DNA of 64,000 nt, from contig MU619360.1 of NCBI GenBank assembly GCA_025201805.1, forward strand, positions 1 through 64,000, read 5' to 3'. This document shows positions 1 through 12,845 of the stretch, piece by piece (position 1 is the first letter of the stretch; every line of letters starts with the position of its first letter). A model generated the notes under the pieces. The model made no database searches. It had not been told where the DNA came from and saw only the letters and a list, made by a program, of their open reading frames with translations. The translations under genes and the position numbers were made by a program. This stretch comes from Parasitella parasitica NRRL 2501 (taxonomy: Eukaryota; Fungi; Mucoromycota).

Positions 1-305
1 TAAGAAGATTGCTAGGGATATTTAATAAGGGAATTCGATGAGGAGATCTGACGAAGAAAACTCTTCTTTGCTGGTCAAATGGCCTCTATTTATACTTTTT
101 TGCGAGCTGTCAAGTTCACTGAAATGTGAACTAGACTATTTACTATAACGTGAATCAATTAGGTAAATAGGACATCGTCGTGGATCAATAAGTCAATAGT
201 ATAATGTGGATGAGTAAGGCAAGAATGACAGTGTGAATCAGAGAGGCAAGAATGCAATGTGGATTGATTAGGGAAGAACGAGGTGATATATATTTTTAGA
301 TCAAG

Positions 306-710
306 ATGTATAATTGTTTGGGCTTGAAGGCTCGACAGGTTCATGACATAAACGATTCAGATGTTTGTGAAAAAGAAAACATCGTCAAGGAATATAACAA
401 AAACATTAATGATGCAGTCAATTTAACAAGTTTACATGACCTGCCGATAGCTTTGGAGTTTTTGAAAAATGCTTTAAATCAAGATCTGGACACTTTATTG
501 TTATGGCTTGGGACACATGAACTTGGCATTCACTATTCTGAAAAAGAAGACAAAGCAATTCTATATACTCGCCTGGTATTAACGGATTTCTACGCAAATT
601 GCAACAAGCCAAGCTTAAAAAATGTATCAAACGAAAGAAGAACACCTTTCGTCGAATATTTCATCCCATTTGATGTGTCAATTTCCCTACCGGAAGTCAA
701 GCTCAAGTAA
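306..710 (+). pseudogene. Fragmentary ORF, probably a decayed repeat-associated hypothetical gene
   Basis: 134-aa ORF with protein-like composition (..ERRTPFVEYFIPF..) in a gene-poor AT-rich zone. No family motif I can name. Confidence 0.25.
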
Positions 711-1828
711 ACTCAATCCTGATGAACACAATTCAGGAAGATATCCCAATGGATCATGTTCCTTATTTATAACTCAACATGACATGTTCATGGACAATAA
801 ATACAATGTTGATCTGCCATAATTATAGACAGGAGATCATGGCAATGTACTTCAATTGAAGATTGAAGATTGTCCAATGATATGATGATGTGATACGCTT
901 GTGTAAATTGGAGAATAAAGTCTCTGTTTCAAATCAAGAAGGTTATTCCTGTAAGTAACACAGATCTGAGCACCAGGATAAAGGTTTAAGGCACTGTCAG
1001 ATAGCCCTTGCTGTATAACCTCATATCGTACCCTGTCAAGTAGATTGTCACTGTGAATTAGTCTTCTCAATTAATAATCTAAATAAGTCACCATAAATTT
1101 ATGTAGTTGTAAAAAGTATAAATAGCAGATGCAATTTCGATCTTAAATAAAGTATCTTTAAGTTTTCGTATCTCGTTAACATTTGGTTTTTATTATCTTT
1201 TTAATCCAACAAATCTATCATTTCATTCTCTAAAAAATCACATCATGTCTCACACTTGTATCTTATCCTCCCATCAGTCCACTTAGATTCACTAGTATAT
1301 AAACCATCATCATTTTTTCCATGTAATAAACGAGATCTTTACCTGATTAATTCACAACCGTTTTATTTGAATAATTTCTCATTCTGATAAATCAGGTTAG
1401 ACATTTCTACTCTATTTATATTCGTTGTTGTAAACGGTCTGTTTGTCAGTACGCCGTAACTGTCAGTCAGGTTTTTCTGTATTTGATTTTACATAATCAA
1501 GTACGGTATTCTAATATCGATGTTTCTGACACATTTGTAAATGACATGCATGCACCAGTCCTTACATTGGTCTATGCGTTCCAAATGTGGTTTGTGGTTC
1601 GATTTCTTTTTATAAATGCTTCGCGGTTTCACGGTTAGATATTTAGGTAATCTGTTTATTAACTTCTTGATTTGAAATCTCTAAGGTAGCTCCGTAAGAG
1701 ATGACATTCAATTACTTTTGTGGGAAGTTCTATCACTTCAGCACAATGGCAACCAAACCAGAAAAATACATTTTCCTGAGGAGCAACTACGTTGAAATAG
1801 TCTAATCTTAACTATAAAAAACATGATC

Positions 1829-2989
1829 ATCATCGCTATCTGAGCATAACTTGGTGTCTACTGGGCGATGTGTCTATCCAAAGTTATTAGCCAAACCAGT
1901 TTTATTTTTCAATATTTTTTATCATAAATATCATATATTAGCTCCTGATGACTTCTGCTTAAAATGACCGTAGTGTTGTGCCAGGTCTTGAAAATAAGCA
2001 CAGCAGGTGATTGTATGTGATATAAAAATATAAGAATGTAATAAAGACTTAGTTTACCAGATACAAAACAATTATTATTGATTTATTGATTGACAAGAAG
2101 CTGTCTATTTATATTAGAATAAATCTATCTAAATCAATCTATATAATACAATCAGGTCATGTTTGACATTTAATTGTCAAACAAGATTATAACACAGTAG
2201 TAGTCAGAGCAAGACCTATTTCTATATTTAATCAGCTAATCGTTTATGAATGTGAATCATTCATCGATAAGTTGAGCTTCGCAATTTAGAATAAGTAGAA
2301 TCTAAATAGATGGTTTCTTATACAAGACATTCTATTGAATACTTCTATTTACTAGATAGAATAATCGATGCTATTTAACCTTAGATCCGATTAGGAACGG
2401 TTGCCATGACAACTGAGTTGAAATAGTGGTAACCATGGTATTCTATGGATACAACACGTAGAACCGAGATCTAACTTGGAAAATTTAGCATTGACTTGGA
2501 GCTATCTGGCAACAACATTGGAATCCATGTTTTTATCGATATTTACAAAATTATCAGATGATCTAACAAATTTACATATAACAATTGCATATAATCGATG
2601 ATAGACTTCGATAGAACAGCAAAATAAAGCCTGTCTTAAGCGTCATAAGAACAGGCACAATCATCGCTACATGAGCATAACTTGCTTTGCGCAGGGCGAC
2701 CTTTCTATCAAAAGTTATCTACGAAAACAGTTTTATTTTTCAATTTTTATCATAAATATCACGTGTTAGCTCATAACTTTTGCTACAATGACCGTAGAAC
2801 CATGATCTAACTTGGAAAACTTAGTGTTGACTTGGCGCTATCTGGCAACAACATTGGCTTCCATATTTTTATGGATATCTACAAAATTATCAGATGATCT
2901 CACAAATTTACATATCAGAATTGCATATAATCGATGATAGGCTTCGATAAACAGCAAAATAAACACTGTCTTATGCGCCATAAGAACAA
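1829..2989. repeat. Diverged modular direct repeats, layout A..B-A-B
   Basis: Block A (tcatcgcta..tgagcataactt..atgaccgtag) at ~1829-1973 and ~2661-2797. Block B (gatctaacttggaaaa..cataagaaca) at ~2459-2654 and ~2795-2989, with a 336-bp offset. Confidence 0.8.
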
Positions 2990-4166
2990 GAATCAGCATC
3001 GTTCTTTGAGCATTTTTCATTAAGTGATGTGTTCGACCTTGGCAATTAGGCTCTGTGACTATCTTAGACACTTCCATGATGCAAGGTACCTTATTATTAT
3101 CCTCATTAACAAGAGGATTTCTATTAAAATTTCTCTTGATTTTTGAGCAGTATTGTTGAAAGAGTATGTTACAGAAAAAAAGGAGAGTAAGGGCGCGATT
3201 GCTAAAGGTATCCACAACAGAGCGAAACTGATAAATTCTGTAATTGTCCACAGCTATGAACATGCCTTCATCTATTATGCTCTTTAAGAGGGATATTCAT
3301 TACTGACTCCATGAATTTCACAATAATATGTATAACTGTGGTGCCCTTCTTAGTCTAAGCAACAGGTTTCGTTCTTGCACTATTTAACGTACTGACTGTT
3401 ACTTTTTTCTTTAAAAGAGGGTTGCTACCTTAGCAGCAACACCACTCCTATTAAGAGATTAAGCCTTCAAAAATCGTATCTTCCCAAAGGAGAGATACAA
3501 CCACCAATACTGAGGTTTACGCCCTTCCTAGTACTGTGCACTTCTACTTTGCAAGATCGCCCACTACCTTGGATCAAATACGCCCCCCTCTCATCGTTTG
3601 TGAGTGAAAACATAATGGTCGTGAAGCTTAACATCAAACTCTGAATCCTTCCACAAAAAAACGTTGTGAGGATACTGAAGTTTTAAAGTGTATTGTGCAT
3701 ACACACAGTTCACAATTTTCTTTTGTTGTTTCACACTAGAAGGATCCTCGCTTTTTAATTTCATATTATAGTCCCAATACTAATCCATAGTAGTGCCATA
3801 AATCTAAATAAGACTAATGATTTCCTACTGTACCAACAACTTGAAGATACTTAACAGACAATGACAACCCAATCTAATGATACTTAATTAAGTCCAATGT
3901 CTTGATTATAGAGGCAATCTTTTTTCTGAAGACATCTTTTGCTTCAATATATTTTTCACTTGACCTGTTTATAAAATGATATAGTGTAAACCGCACTTCT
4001 ATTCGATTTACTAAAATTACGTTCAGTCTAGCACAATTAGAGGTTCTTTGCTTTATTTAAATGTATATGCTAGCGATTTTGAGACCAAAAATGCATGTAT
4101 TTAATGTGCTCGTTTTATTTTTTTATCGCTTTCTGTTGTCATCTATCCTTATTAAAATAAAAGCAT

Positions 4167-4883
4167 CTAGTCTCTTCCAGGACTTAAACTTCGATTGCGT
4201 CTACGATCACGTCTATCACGGTCATCATCATCTGCTGTAGTAGGACCTTTAATGAAGGCATAGTCAACTTTAATAGTTTCGCCAAGGTATTTTGTATCAT
4301 TAGCTTCTGTAATAGCAGCTTCTGCTTCTTTACGTGCTTCATATTCGATAAGCGCATAACCCTAAATTTGATCTGTAAGCAACCAACTCTATTTGAGACA
4401 TCACACCCACAAAAAAAAAAAAAAATTACCTTGACATAACCTGTACGTCTATCCAAATTTAAATGAATGTTCTTGATTGTGCCATATTCCATAAATCTCT
4501 CTCCCAAGGATTCTTCGTCAGTTTCCTCATGAAGTCCACGAACAATGACAATCCACCCCTCAATAGCTTAATCAAAGGAAAAAAGGGATTCAACATCTGG
4601 GATTGAGCATGTATTTTTTCGCTATACTTACAACGAACAGGTTCTAGCCCTTCATCCATAGCGTCTTTTCGGCCAGCACGTCGTAAGGAGCCTAATGAAA
4701 TTGTAAAATATAAGGGTAGGTCCAACATCTTTTAGTACATGGACTTTATACCATCATTATTGGAGAATCCTCTTCCTTTGACTCGAACATCTGATATATC
4801 GCGTACTCAGAAACCATTATTGTATATCTTTTATTAATTTTGTTACCTTCGTCAATATTCATTCTTTCAGGTGAGCGAGACAT
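4167..4883 (-). CDS. RBM8A: Exon junction complex RRM protein Y14/RBM8A (multi-exon)
   Basis: Spliced product [52 protein letters not shown].. with an RD/RS-rich tail. [15 protein letters not shown] is the Y14 signature. Confidence 0.92.
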
Positions 4884-5155
4884 GATTGTAATATAGAGTA
4901 TAGGTGATTAAAGGTTTTTTTGGCCTGGTGTTGGGAGAAGATTGCCAAAATGTTTTGAGAAAGCTGGTCACATCCTCAAGGACAAACGCTTTGAAAGCAC
5001 TGTCAGCACTTTGAAAGATTAAACAAGCGGAGCAGCCCATATACAAGGCATTACAAAGCATACGGATATAGCTTATTGCACATACTTGACAATTCAATTT
5101 TTTATTTTTACTTTTGTGAAATGAGCAATTTTGTGAAATAATTTTTTTGTTTGGG

Positions 5156-7642
5156 TCATTTACCAAACGTCAATAGCGCACGGCCATCCTTAGACACTTG
5201 CACGCTTTTCCTTTGAACATTTCGTAAATGTCGCGAAGATGCCAACATACGTTTACTACTGTTGAAATTGCTGCTGCTGCATTTTTGCTGTTGCATTTCT
5301 CCTGATGCATCAACCTCTGAAAGGATATAATTGTCGCTTTCATATCGCTGAATTTGGCTTTTAGACATCATGTCTGGATCAATCTGAAATTTCTCTGGGT
5401 GAGGAGCTATAACAAAACCTACGTAGAAAAAAAAACCCCATTAACGGCATGCCCCTTTAGTTAAAATACCCATCTTTTATATTGTTATTCCCCACCTTTA
5501 TTCTTGGTGAGTTCAGTAAACTGAGTCGGCTCAAGGTAAGGAGGAAATGTATAGTAATTACCTTCTTCTTTTCCATCATCCTGAGGTATTTCCACCTTTT
5601 CAGCGGCATAACATTGAATTGCTTCTGTAGCAGTAGCAACATTGAAGCAGTTTCGAATATCTAGACCTGCGTCGCCCAAACAGCCAGGTTGCTGGCCAAA
5701 CCTTTTTGGACCTATGATCTGACCGAACTTCATTGTACTTTTGTCAGAATTCTCCTCTTTCTGTTGCCTCTGGAGCTCTTTACTGTTGATAATTTTAGCG
5801 ATTTCTTCATTTGCTTGATCAGACCGAACAGAATGACTAGATTTACTGTATATAGACGAGTGTATTGACGATGCGGGAGACGAGCTAATCAAAGGCGATG
5901 AGATTCTTAGCTTTGCTGTCTTTTCTTCTATCGTGGGCTGTCGATCTGTATCTAGATGTGTGTGTAAGCCTGAAGAAATTGACATTCTGCGGGATATTTG
6001 TAGGCCCCATTTGGACAAGTTTTTTTTCATGCTCGTAAACTTCTTTCTAGTTGGTACTTTTACCTCGCTTGGAGATCGAGGGCCATCGCTTTCTGCACAA
6101 GATGATATGAGTGATGGAGTAGACGAGGCTGGTGTTGTTGATTGCGTGGCAATTTTGGCAACTGCTTCTTGCAGCACCAAGTGGCATTCTTCTGTATTAC
6201 TAGGCGTAACCGATTTGGTATAATTTCCTGGCGGGGGATCCATCGAAATGGGATGCACAAGCATCACGGGGATATCAAAGACAGCAGTATAAGGGCTAGG
6301 TGAATTAATGAGCATAATATGTTTACATAGATATGGATAACTCACTTGAGCACTGATTGTATTGACAATCTAATGAAAAAGGACACATCGATCAGCTTTT
6401 GATTTCTGACAGTTACTTGATTAGGCTGTAAACATATCCAGACAGTGAAAGTTAGTATAGAAGTGAATGATCAAAACTTTTACGATTATTTTACAGGTGT
6501 ATCAATAGTCATTGTTACATAATCGCGACTAGTAGGCTCCAACGGCTTCCACCAACCTAAATCTGCCAAGGATGTAGTGACAACCGTCTCACATGAGGCG
6601 GTTACTGGCACCAGCAACTGGCCTTCATTGTTGATAGAGTACGTATTTTGTTTCCGCAAAAGCTCTAACTTGATGTCATTAACTGTATCCTTGAGCGTAT
6701 CATTGTGGATTTTTACTGCAACGTAAATAGGAGCGCCAGAAATCCATACAGAGCGAGGCATGCTTGTTTCAATAGACACATGTCCATCTTGTGCTGACTT
6801 CCATACTTGTTTTTCATTTAATAAGACTGGCGCGTATAAGGCTGTGGCATCTTTTAGCGATTTCAATACCATGTTTGAATACACAAGCACAGCTTGTTTC
6901 TGTAGTGCTGGTTTGTCTGCGACCCATTGAACCTCGCATTTCAGATAGTACTGTATGGACCCCTTTTTATCGACATATGTCCCACTCAGATCTGAGGGCA
7001 ATGAAACCAAAAAAGGAACAATGACGCTGTTTGTATCTTCGGCTGTTGTTGCTGAAACGCTTTGATATGGCGTAACTTGGTCTGAACCTGTCAATTGCAA
7101 GACGGGCAAATTCAGGAATGAATATGCCTTTAGATTAGACTTGCTAGAGTCATTCACGGCTGTGACAAAGAATTTTAGTCTGTCTTGTGTGTCGAATGTA
7201 GCAAATAAGCGTACATACCTTCCAGGCCGACCAAATCCAGTTTTATGCTTTTGATTTTATGCGCAAGTGTTGTATCACCATGAATAACAATGCTGCCAGC
7301 CAGCTCTCCACTGGCTACAACGTGCGGAGATTTCAGATAGACAAACACATTTCGCTGACTCTTTCTCCAGGACGCATGGCTCATCATTGTGCTCGATCTA
7401 GACAGCGTGCGCGTAGGTGTACGGGCAATCTTCCTGAAAAAGTGCCCAAGTGAGGGTGATGATAGCTCTGGCGCTGCGTTTTTTGTTAAAGGAAAAGGAA
7501 GAGGACTGATGCGGTTTTTGCTGGAGACTGAAGTGATCAGTGGTGTTATTTGCAGATTCGAATACCAAGACTTTAGCGCTAAATCATTCATAGATAGGGC
7601 ACTGGCACGATTTGTTGTTAAAGTGTTGTTTATATTGGACAT
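5156..7642 (-). CDS. Arrestin-fold protein with long Ser-rich C-terminal region (multi-exon)
   Basis: ORFs 7175-7735, 6486-7157, 5485-6345 and 5156-5371 are joined by GT-AG introns. Arrestin-like segments: LAGSIVI..IKSIKLDLVGLE, VPFLVSLP..GSIQYYLK, GAPIYVAVKIHN. Confidence 0.7.
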
Positions 7643-7782
7643 ATTTGTGTATGATTGAGAAGAAGTGCAACATAAATATGTGGACAAACGAGCATTTTGT
7701 ACAAAAAGTTTTGTGAGTGTTAATATCCGATGCATTGTTTACATTCCATTTCAAAATTTAAATTCTTTATTTGAGGTAGATG

Positions 7783-8310
7783 CTACTTCTCACTATCAAT
7801 TGGCAGACTAATATGCCCATCATCTTTGGTTAAAAATGACACAGACACTAGACATGTTTCAATTGCAAACAGCCCGACTATAAAGTATTTCAAGCAAAAG
7901 ATAAAGCCAAACAGCACACAATTCTCCTGCGATAAACACATGTCTGTTTTACCGATCAGGTCAGTGGATTTGAGGTCGAACATGATGGAAAACGTCCAGC
8001 TAAGTGCTAACCCAAGCGGCATCAAGAATTGACATATGTTCTCAATGAGGGTGTCTGCATGGCTTGCTGTGGTTAGAAGGACAAAAAGTGGGCAGAATAT
8101 AGATGCTTGTGCGGCTACCAGTGTAGAGATCAACCTGCGGTCTGTGATTGTTTGGATAACCCATGTGTTGTCGTGCTGTTGGTCCTGCTCTGTTATATTT
8201 ATTGGAATTGAATTGTTACTGTAGAATCCCAATGATCCTATCACTATGACAACAGCTGTAATTAAAGTAGCTAATCGAACACAATAGGTGATTGTGGTGG
8301 TACGGTTCAT
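7783..8310 (-). CDS. Small four-TM membrane protein (MARVEL-like topology), uncharacterised
   Basis: Single exon starting MNRTTT with four hydrophobic segments. Confidence 0.6.
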   Translation of the reverse strand: MNRTTTITYCVRLATLITAVVIVIGSLGFYSNNSIPINITEQDQQHDNTWVIQTITDRRLISTLVAAQASIFCPLFVLLTTASHADTLIENICQFLMPLGLALSWTFSIMFDLKSTDLIGKTDMCLSQENCVLFGFIFCLKYFIVGLFAIETCLVSVSFLTKDDGHISLPIDSEK

Positions 8311-8630
8311 CGTGGTGGGAGAGAGAGATTGAATATGTAATAGAAAAAAGTAGAGAGAGAAAAACAAAAAGGAAAAACATAAACGTTTGCTCATTCACTC
8401 TATAAATACCACAACATTTCTTGAGTCGCATGGCTGAATGTTTTGGCAGCATGTTCAGGTCAAGATTGCAACATTTCCTTTAAATGTCAGTCGGCAATCT
8501 TTGCCCATCGCTCCCACATCACGGGAATTCCAAAAAGAGTGAAGTAATTTTTTTCTACCACCTTCTTTTTTCCCTTTTTTTTTTTTTTTTTTCTTCTCTC
8601 TGTCTCCCATAAAACAAAACCTCCATCAAC

Positions 8631-10480
8631 ATGAGCTCTGATACACGTCAAGCAAGACCAAGATATTGGTGTCATATATGCAATGCCGAAGTTCCTATTT
8701 ATATGGTTCCCGACCCAACATGTCAACAGTGCAATGAGCAATTTATTGAAGAAGTAAGTGTGTGCCGTCTCTCCAAACTCACGCATTTACATTAAATAAT
8801 TGCTATCTATTAGCTTCACTCCGACGACGATCCTCGAGAATTTTTAGCTGGAACAGACCAAGCGCAACATCACACACCCACAGACACAGCAGAAGACGCA
8901 GAGGTTCGAATGCCATTAGGTTCAGCTCATTTCTTTTCATACAGTCCCTCTACTGGCAGAATAAATAATTTGGGTGGTGGTGCCAGTGGTCATGGTGAGA
9001 TGGGTGATGATATATTTCAGTATTTTACGCCTCCTCCTCCCTCTAGAGACAACAATGCAGAAGATGGCAGAGAAAGACCCCCGACATCGGACGGATCACC
9101 TTCACCTTTGGGAAACTTTGTACAAAATCTACTCAGCAATATGTTGGGACAGAATGTCGATATAAACACTACTACACAGCCTAGCGATGCAGAAGGAGGT
9201 ACTCATGGTGCGGATGGAAGGCCCATGGTGTTTTTTGGTAATATGGTCGATGGAAACGTTCGCTTTCAGCCTATGTCAGCTGGCCAATCCATGCCAGGTG
9301 GTATGCCAAATTTCCCTGATGAGCACAATGAGAATGGAGAAAATACGAATTCAGGAACCAGAAATAGCAACAATAACGAGGATCCTCGAGGAAATAATAT
9401 AGCAAGGTACTTTTTGCGTTTTTACGTACATATTACTGTATACATGTGCTGACATAAAAACGACAGCCTTCTACAATTTTTATCTGCCATGACAGGTGGG
9501 GCGATTGACGGCGGAATGGTTGGAAATCCAAATGACTACGTATTTTCACAAACGGCCTTAGATAACATTATTACTCAATTAATGGAGCAAACTGGAGGGT
9601 AAATAAGCGTGCTGTTTATATTTGGAACTGATGCTTATTGAAATAAATTGCCATGGTAGAGCATCTGCACCCCCTCCTGCACCCGAGCAAGTCATCGAAT
9701 CGCTTGAAAAGAGAGAATTAACGCAGCAAGAAAAAGGTAAATGTTGATATCTCTTTGTCTTCAACTTGACAATCAACAGTTAATCAATCGTTTGTTAGAC
9801 CGAGAGGCTGATTGTGCTGTCTGCAAAGACCAATTTGAGCCTCAAGAACAAGTGATTCAACTCCCATGTGAGCACATTTTCCACGATGAGTGTATCAAAC
9901 CATGGTTAAAGTTAAATAGTACCTGCCCTGTCTGGTAAGTTTACTCAGCTGTGGACTCATTGCCAATGGTTTAATATTCAAATCTTGCATATAAAGTCGC
10001 CATTCAGTGTTACCCGCTCAACAAGAACAAGACACCAATAATAATAATAACACTGGCTCCGATGATACCCCATCTAACAATGATACTCAAGCAGAAAGCA
10101 ATAGATCAGCTGCAGATGAAGGCAATAACAGTAGTAACAGCAACAATAATAGTAACAGTACTACAAATAATAACAATAATGGAAGTGGGAGTACACGCAC
10201 TCCAGTACCAGGATTTGCGTGGATAGGTGGTGGCAACAGTGGTCAGCAGTGGCCATTGAATTTATCCGCTGCCTTTCCTTGGGCCGAAGGTTTAGTCAGA
10301 CAAGCCAGCAATTCTAACAGCAACAGGACTACAAATGCAGCACCTTCATCAACAGCTAATAGCAACAACAACAACAATACCAGCACCAGCACCAGCACCA
10401 GCAACAACAACAATAACAACAACAATAACAATAACAATAACAATAACGACCAAATAGATGAAGATCTTGATCTTGATTAA
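8631..10480 (+). CDS. RNF126/RNF115-like RING-H2 E3 ubiquitin ligase (multi-exon)
   Basis: N-terminal zinc ribbon YWCHIC..PTCQQC.EQFIEE. GNPNDYVFSQTALDNIITQLMEQ and PPPAP motifs. RING-H2 [34 protein letters not shown]. Confidence 0.9.
10360..10447 (+). repeat. Coding AAC/AAT and ACCAGC microsatellites (poly-Asn, Thr-Ser)
   Basis: Directly visible in the last exon of the RING gene. Confidence 0.85.
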
Positions 10481-10574
10481 ACTAACAAAAAAAATGTACA
10501 TACAAACTTTGCTCTTGGTTTTTTTATAGAAAATGAAAAGGAGAAAATAAAAGGAAATGTATATGAAAAATATC

Positions 10575-11445
10575 CTATGATTTTTGCAGAGATAATCGAT
10601 ATCTTGATCTAAGAGAAGACGCCACAATAAATACAGAAACAGAGATGATAGATAAACATATCACTATGGAATAGACGCACCCGTAGTTTACGGTTGCAGA
10701 TGAATTTAGTGTAGTCTGTATAAATTCTGTTTCAATTATTGCGCACTACTACGATATATTTCGCTACATGTGGTCAACTTACGGCAAATGACGCTCCATA
10801 GTGTGATATGACAACCCACCCAATTTTAAACCAGCCTTTCATCCGAGGCAGTTCAGAAAACCCGTCAAATGAAATCATCATCCAAAAAACATGCATTAAT
10901 GAGAACAGAGATGTTGTAATAGCCGAAATAAAATACAATGTTGCTGCAGGACATGAGGGACACATCATCACACCAGGTCCGATTGATTCAGCAAGCAGCG
11001 ATATGTATCCCACTAGAGAGCTCATCAATGCATATCCAAATCCAGAAACAAACGCAAACACGGATCGATTGAACGGTGATTTTGGATTTGCAGAAACTGT
11101 GTTCAAACCAGCTTCTGCTTTGTTTAGAAGCAGGTAGAATCCCCATCGACAAATCTCCTGAATGGCAACGCTATACGTAATGCCGACAAAGTACATTGAT
11201 TGTGTTGCTTCTGCGAAATACCAGATTACGCTGGATAGCAATAAAGCGATTAGACAAAAGAAGGCGCTGAAAATATTTCAATTTATTTTTAGCAGCTCTT
11301 CTTTTTGAAAACGTAATCTACCGCAAACATACCTGGACACCATGAGTAAGACGTATTGCGCATTAGGCGCTATATACAGAAAGAATATGGATAGAATAGG
11401 CCCATATGCTAATAGCAAACAACCGAAAAACGTGTACAATGACAT
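10575..11445 (-). CDS. APH1: Gamma-secretase subunit APH-1 (3 exons)
   Basis: MSLYTFFGCLLLAYGP N-terminus, QEICRWGFYLLLNKAEAGL, FVSGFGYALMS, LAESIGPG, and the two conserved intramembrane His (LMHVFW, ISHYGAS). Multi-pass hydrophobic pattern. Confidence 0.9.
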
Positions 11446-12845
11446 GCTTTTTTTTTTTTTTTTTTTTTTNNNNNNNNNNATCAAGATAAATAAAAAATGT
11501 GCATCATAATCAGGAGTGTATTTAATTCTTTTAAGGCGACGATCAAAAAAAAAATGGTTGGCTAAACCTTTTACTAAATGGTGATATATCGTAGGAAAAG
11601 CATATACATTTGTTTATTACTGTAGTAACCATGTTGTTTTATCTCTGAACAGTTTCTCTACTTTTCTCGAAACTCTATCTGTGGTGTTATTCAATGTAAG
11701 AATCATCTCTCCAGCACTCCTACTGTCACTAATTTAGACAGGAAAAAAGAGCAAATATCACTGTGGTTTTGGTGATTTTGGGCATAAATATATCAATTGC
11801 ATCATACCCCTAGCTCACATATATCTTTTTTTTCGGTTTTATGCAATAATACCGCTTTTACTAAAGTATCAAGGCACCTATCAATCAATTCAATGCCTTC
11901 TCACCTTTAGTATTTTCAGTGTTTTCTCAAAAAAAAAAAAAAAAGAAAAGAAAACCTTGTTTCTCTAAGAATTGTATAATAAATTGAACTTGTGTATTAG
12001 ATTTTTTTTAAAACATCTCCCACTTTCATTAACTTTTTCAGAAATTGGCTTGAAATGCAGGAAAAAGTGTACAGTATTTTTTACTTTTTTTTTAAAAAAA
12101 AAGAAAAGTAATCATAATAATGGCACATTTAGCAGATACAGAATGAGGTATTGATCATTGCACTAGGCGCTTTTTCCATGGAGATATTGTAGGTTTTGTC
12201 CAAATTTTGAGATCTGAACAGGTGATGAATATGGAGTATCCTCAGCTTACTATGATTTTGTTAATATCTAGCTCAAAAACTAATATTTTTTTTATAAAAA
12301 CACATGCATTTTGAAGCTAAACTTCAGGAAATTGTAACGAGCTGCTGTTTGTTTAGAAACTGTTCTGTATTGATGTAAATCTGAAGCATTTGAAAATGTA
12401 TGAACACTTTTTTTTTTTATTTCTCCAGTATTTTGAGGAGACAACAACTTGAATTGTGTTTAAGAATGGCATTCAGAGTTATCCTTGCAGTACGTACTAT
12501 TTGAAGACTTTCACTATACATAATTGCTTATAATTGAGTGCGCAAAACATATTTGAGCCCGAGAGAGGCGTTTTTTTCTTTTTTTTTCTTTTGACAGATG
12601 TAAAATGGCTTGCTTGTATAATAAACCTAGAAGTTATCAATCATTAACGACTGTGGATTAGCATTTTGACATTTTGGCAAATATACCCACATGCCTATAT
12701 GCTGCTGATGATGCGATGATGGGGTTCCATCCAATCATCCCTTTGTGCTGGTGGGTAACATTCTATTTAAACACACGCGCTGAAAAAAAAAAAAACTTTT
12801 CTAGTTCTTTTTTTCTCCAACTCTAATACATCAAACCAGAATACA

